Of a DNA stretch of 64,000 nt, positions 63,401 through 64,000 are shown in pieces. The DNA comes from the human T2T-CHM13v2.0 reference genome, Homo sapiens. The notes beneath the pieces are model-generated. The model was not told the DNA's origin. It saw nothing but the letters and a program-made list of their open reading frames with translations, and searched no databases. Location: the NCBI RefSeq assembly GCF_009914755.1, contig NC_060927.1; one strand, given 5' to 3'. A program made the position numbers and the translations under genes. The number at the start of each line of letters is the position of its first letter. The first letter of the stretch is position 1.

Positions 63401-64000
63401 AAATATGAAAGTACATCAAATATATATTTTATTCTGTACATAAAATATCAAAGTACACCAGATATATATTCTATAGCGTACATAAAATATCAAAGTACAC
63501 AAACTGTACATTATATACTGTACATAAAATATGAAATTACATCAAATATATAATATATTAGGTACATAAAATATGAAAGTACATCAAATATAGATTATAT
63601 ACTGTAAATATAATATCAATGTACCCGAAATATATATTTTATTCTCTACATGAAATATCAAAGTTCACAAACCATATATTATATACTGTACATAAAATAT
63701 CAAAGTACCCAAGGTATATATTCTAAACTGTACAAAAAATATCAAAGTACCCAAAGCATGTATTATATACTGTATATATAAAATATGAAAGTACATCAAA
63801 TATATATTTTATTCTGTACATAAAATATCAAAGTACACCAGATATATATTCTATAGTGTACATAAAATATCAAAGTACCCAAACTATACATTATATACTG
63901 TACATAAAATATGAAATTACATCAAATATATATTATATTAGGTAAATGAAATATGAAAGTACATCAAATATAGATTATATACTGTACATAAAATATGAAA
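56600..64000 (+). repeat. At least two tandem copies of a 3602-bp (86-monomer) super-HOR, running off the window end
   Basis: Offset 3602 for 56742/60344, 57199/60801, 57458/61060, 58159/61761, 58537/62139, 58915/62517, 59292/62894 and 59586/63188. The +2-bp TA insertion (TGTATATATAAAA) occurs at about 60170 and about 63772. Confidence 0.9.

Larger units (their letters stand above)
1..64000 (+). repeat. Human satellite 1A (HSat1A / classical satellite I / SAR) tandem array, 42-bp monomer; continues beyond both window edges
   Basis: Seen: continuous tandem 42-bp units (17-bp ACATAAAATAT[C/G]AAAGT + 25-bp ACCCAAACTATATATTATATACTGT-like), usually two GTAC (RsaI) sites per monomer, about 21% GC in the consensus, the same orientation throughout. 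Established: the 17+25-bp 42-mer is the classical description of human satellite I (HSat1A), found in pericentromeric and acrocentric short-arm heterochromatin. The chromosome cannot be determined from this window alone. Confidence 0.95.
34..64000 (+). repeat. 378-bp 9-mer higher-order repeat (9 x 42 bp) organising the whole array
   Basis: The landmark CATGAAATATCAAAGTTCAC recurs at 34, 412, 789, 1166 ... 5292, 5670 ... 58159, 58537, 58915, with a modal spacing of 378 bp. Nine monomer types recur in fixed order. In ORF-track shorthand: m1 MKYQSSQTIYYILY, m2 IKYQSTQGIYSILY, m3 KKYQSTQSMYYILY, m4 IKYESTSNIYFILY, m5 IKYQSTPDIYSIVY, m6 IKYQSTQTIHYILY, m7 IKYEITSNIYYIRY, m8 IKYESTSNIDYILY, m9 IKYQSTPNIYYILY. 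This agrees with the known 378-bp periodicity of HSat1A. Confidence 0.95.

Noticed and set aside
34-63553. The many plus-strand ORFs as a tandem family of repeat-protein genes
   Set aside because: They follow from a 42-bp period divisible by 3. Starts all fall on repeat ATGs, ends fall at random nonsense or frameshift variants, and there are no unique domains or gene structure.
1-64000. CRISPR-like array (conserved 17-bp unit alternating with more variable 25-bp units)
   Set aside because: The 'spacers' are homologous to each other and cycle every nine units. There are no unique spacers, no leader and no cas genes.
1-64000. TATA boxes, hairpins or terminators from TATATA/TATAAA and GTAC palindromes
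   Set aside because: These are intrinsic to every monomer of an AT-rich satellite, and no position stands out as a regulatory site.
1-64000. Alpha satellite/CENP-B boxes, HSat2/3, or embedded L1/Alu insertions
   Set aside because: I saw no 171-bp period, no CATTC pentamers, no GC-rich or non-satellite stretch and no long poly(A) tail while reading through the window.
1-64000. Assignment to a specific chromosome
   Set aside because: HSat1A occurs on several human chromosomes with the same 9-mer structure. Placement needs alignment of rare k-mers to a T2T assembly, which I cannot run.

Overview
The whole 64-kb window is one uninterrupted, single-orientation, very AT-rich tandem satellite array (consensus monomer about 21% GC, few CpGs). 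I see no genes, RNA genes, transposons or CRISPR arrays. The 42-bp monomer consists of a 17-bp unit (ACATAAAATAT[C/G]AAAGT) and a 25-bp unit (e.g. ACCCAAACTATACATTATATACTGT), each bounded by GTAC. It matches human satellite 1A (HSat1A, classical satellite I, Repbase SAR). Nine distinguishable monomers form a 378-bp higher-order repeat (HOR). All ORFs are artefacts of the 42-bp (14-codon) period. The interest lies in the array architecture. HOR variants recur: 373/377/380-bp indel forms and 6-, 8-, 10-, 13- and 14-mers. Super-repeats of 751, about 1880, 2419 and 3602 bp are nested within the array. Multi-kb block duplications have offsets of 7343, 7578, 8712/9090, 4719, 7687, 12406 and 17452 bp. 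Subfamilies are arranged A-B-C-A, with the two ends of the window sharing diagnostic variants. Offsets were derived by hand from ORF starts and marker variants, so block boundaries are approximate. I found no evidence of a new coding system.
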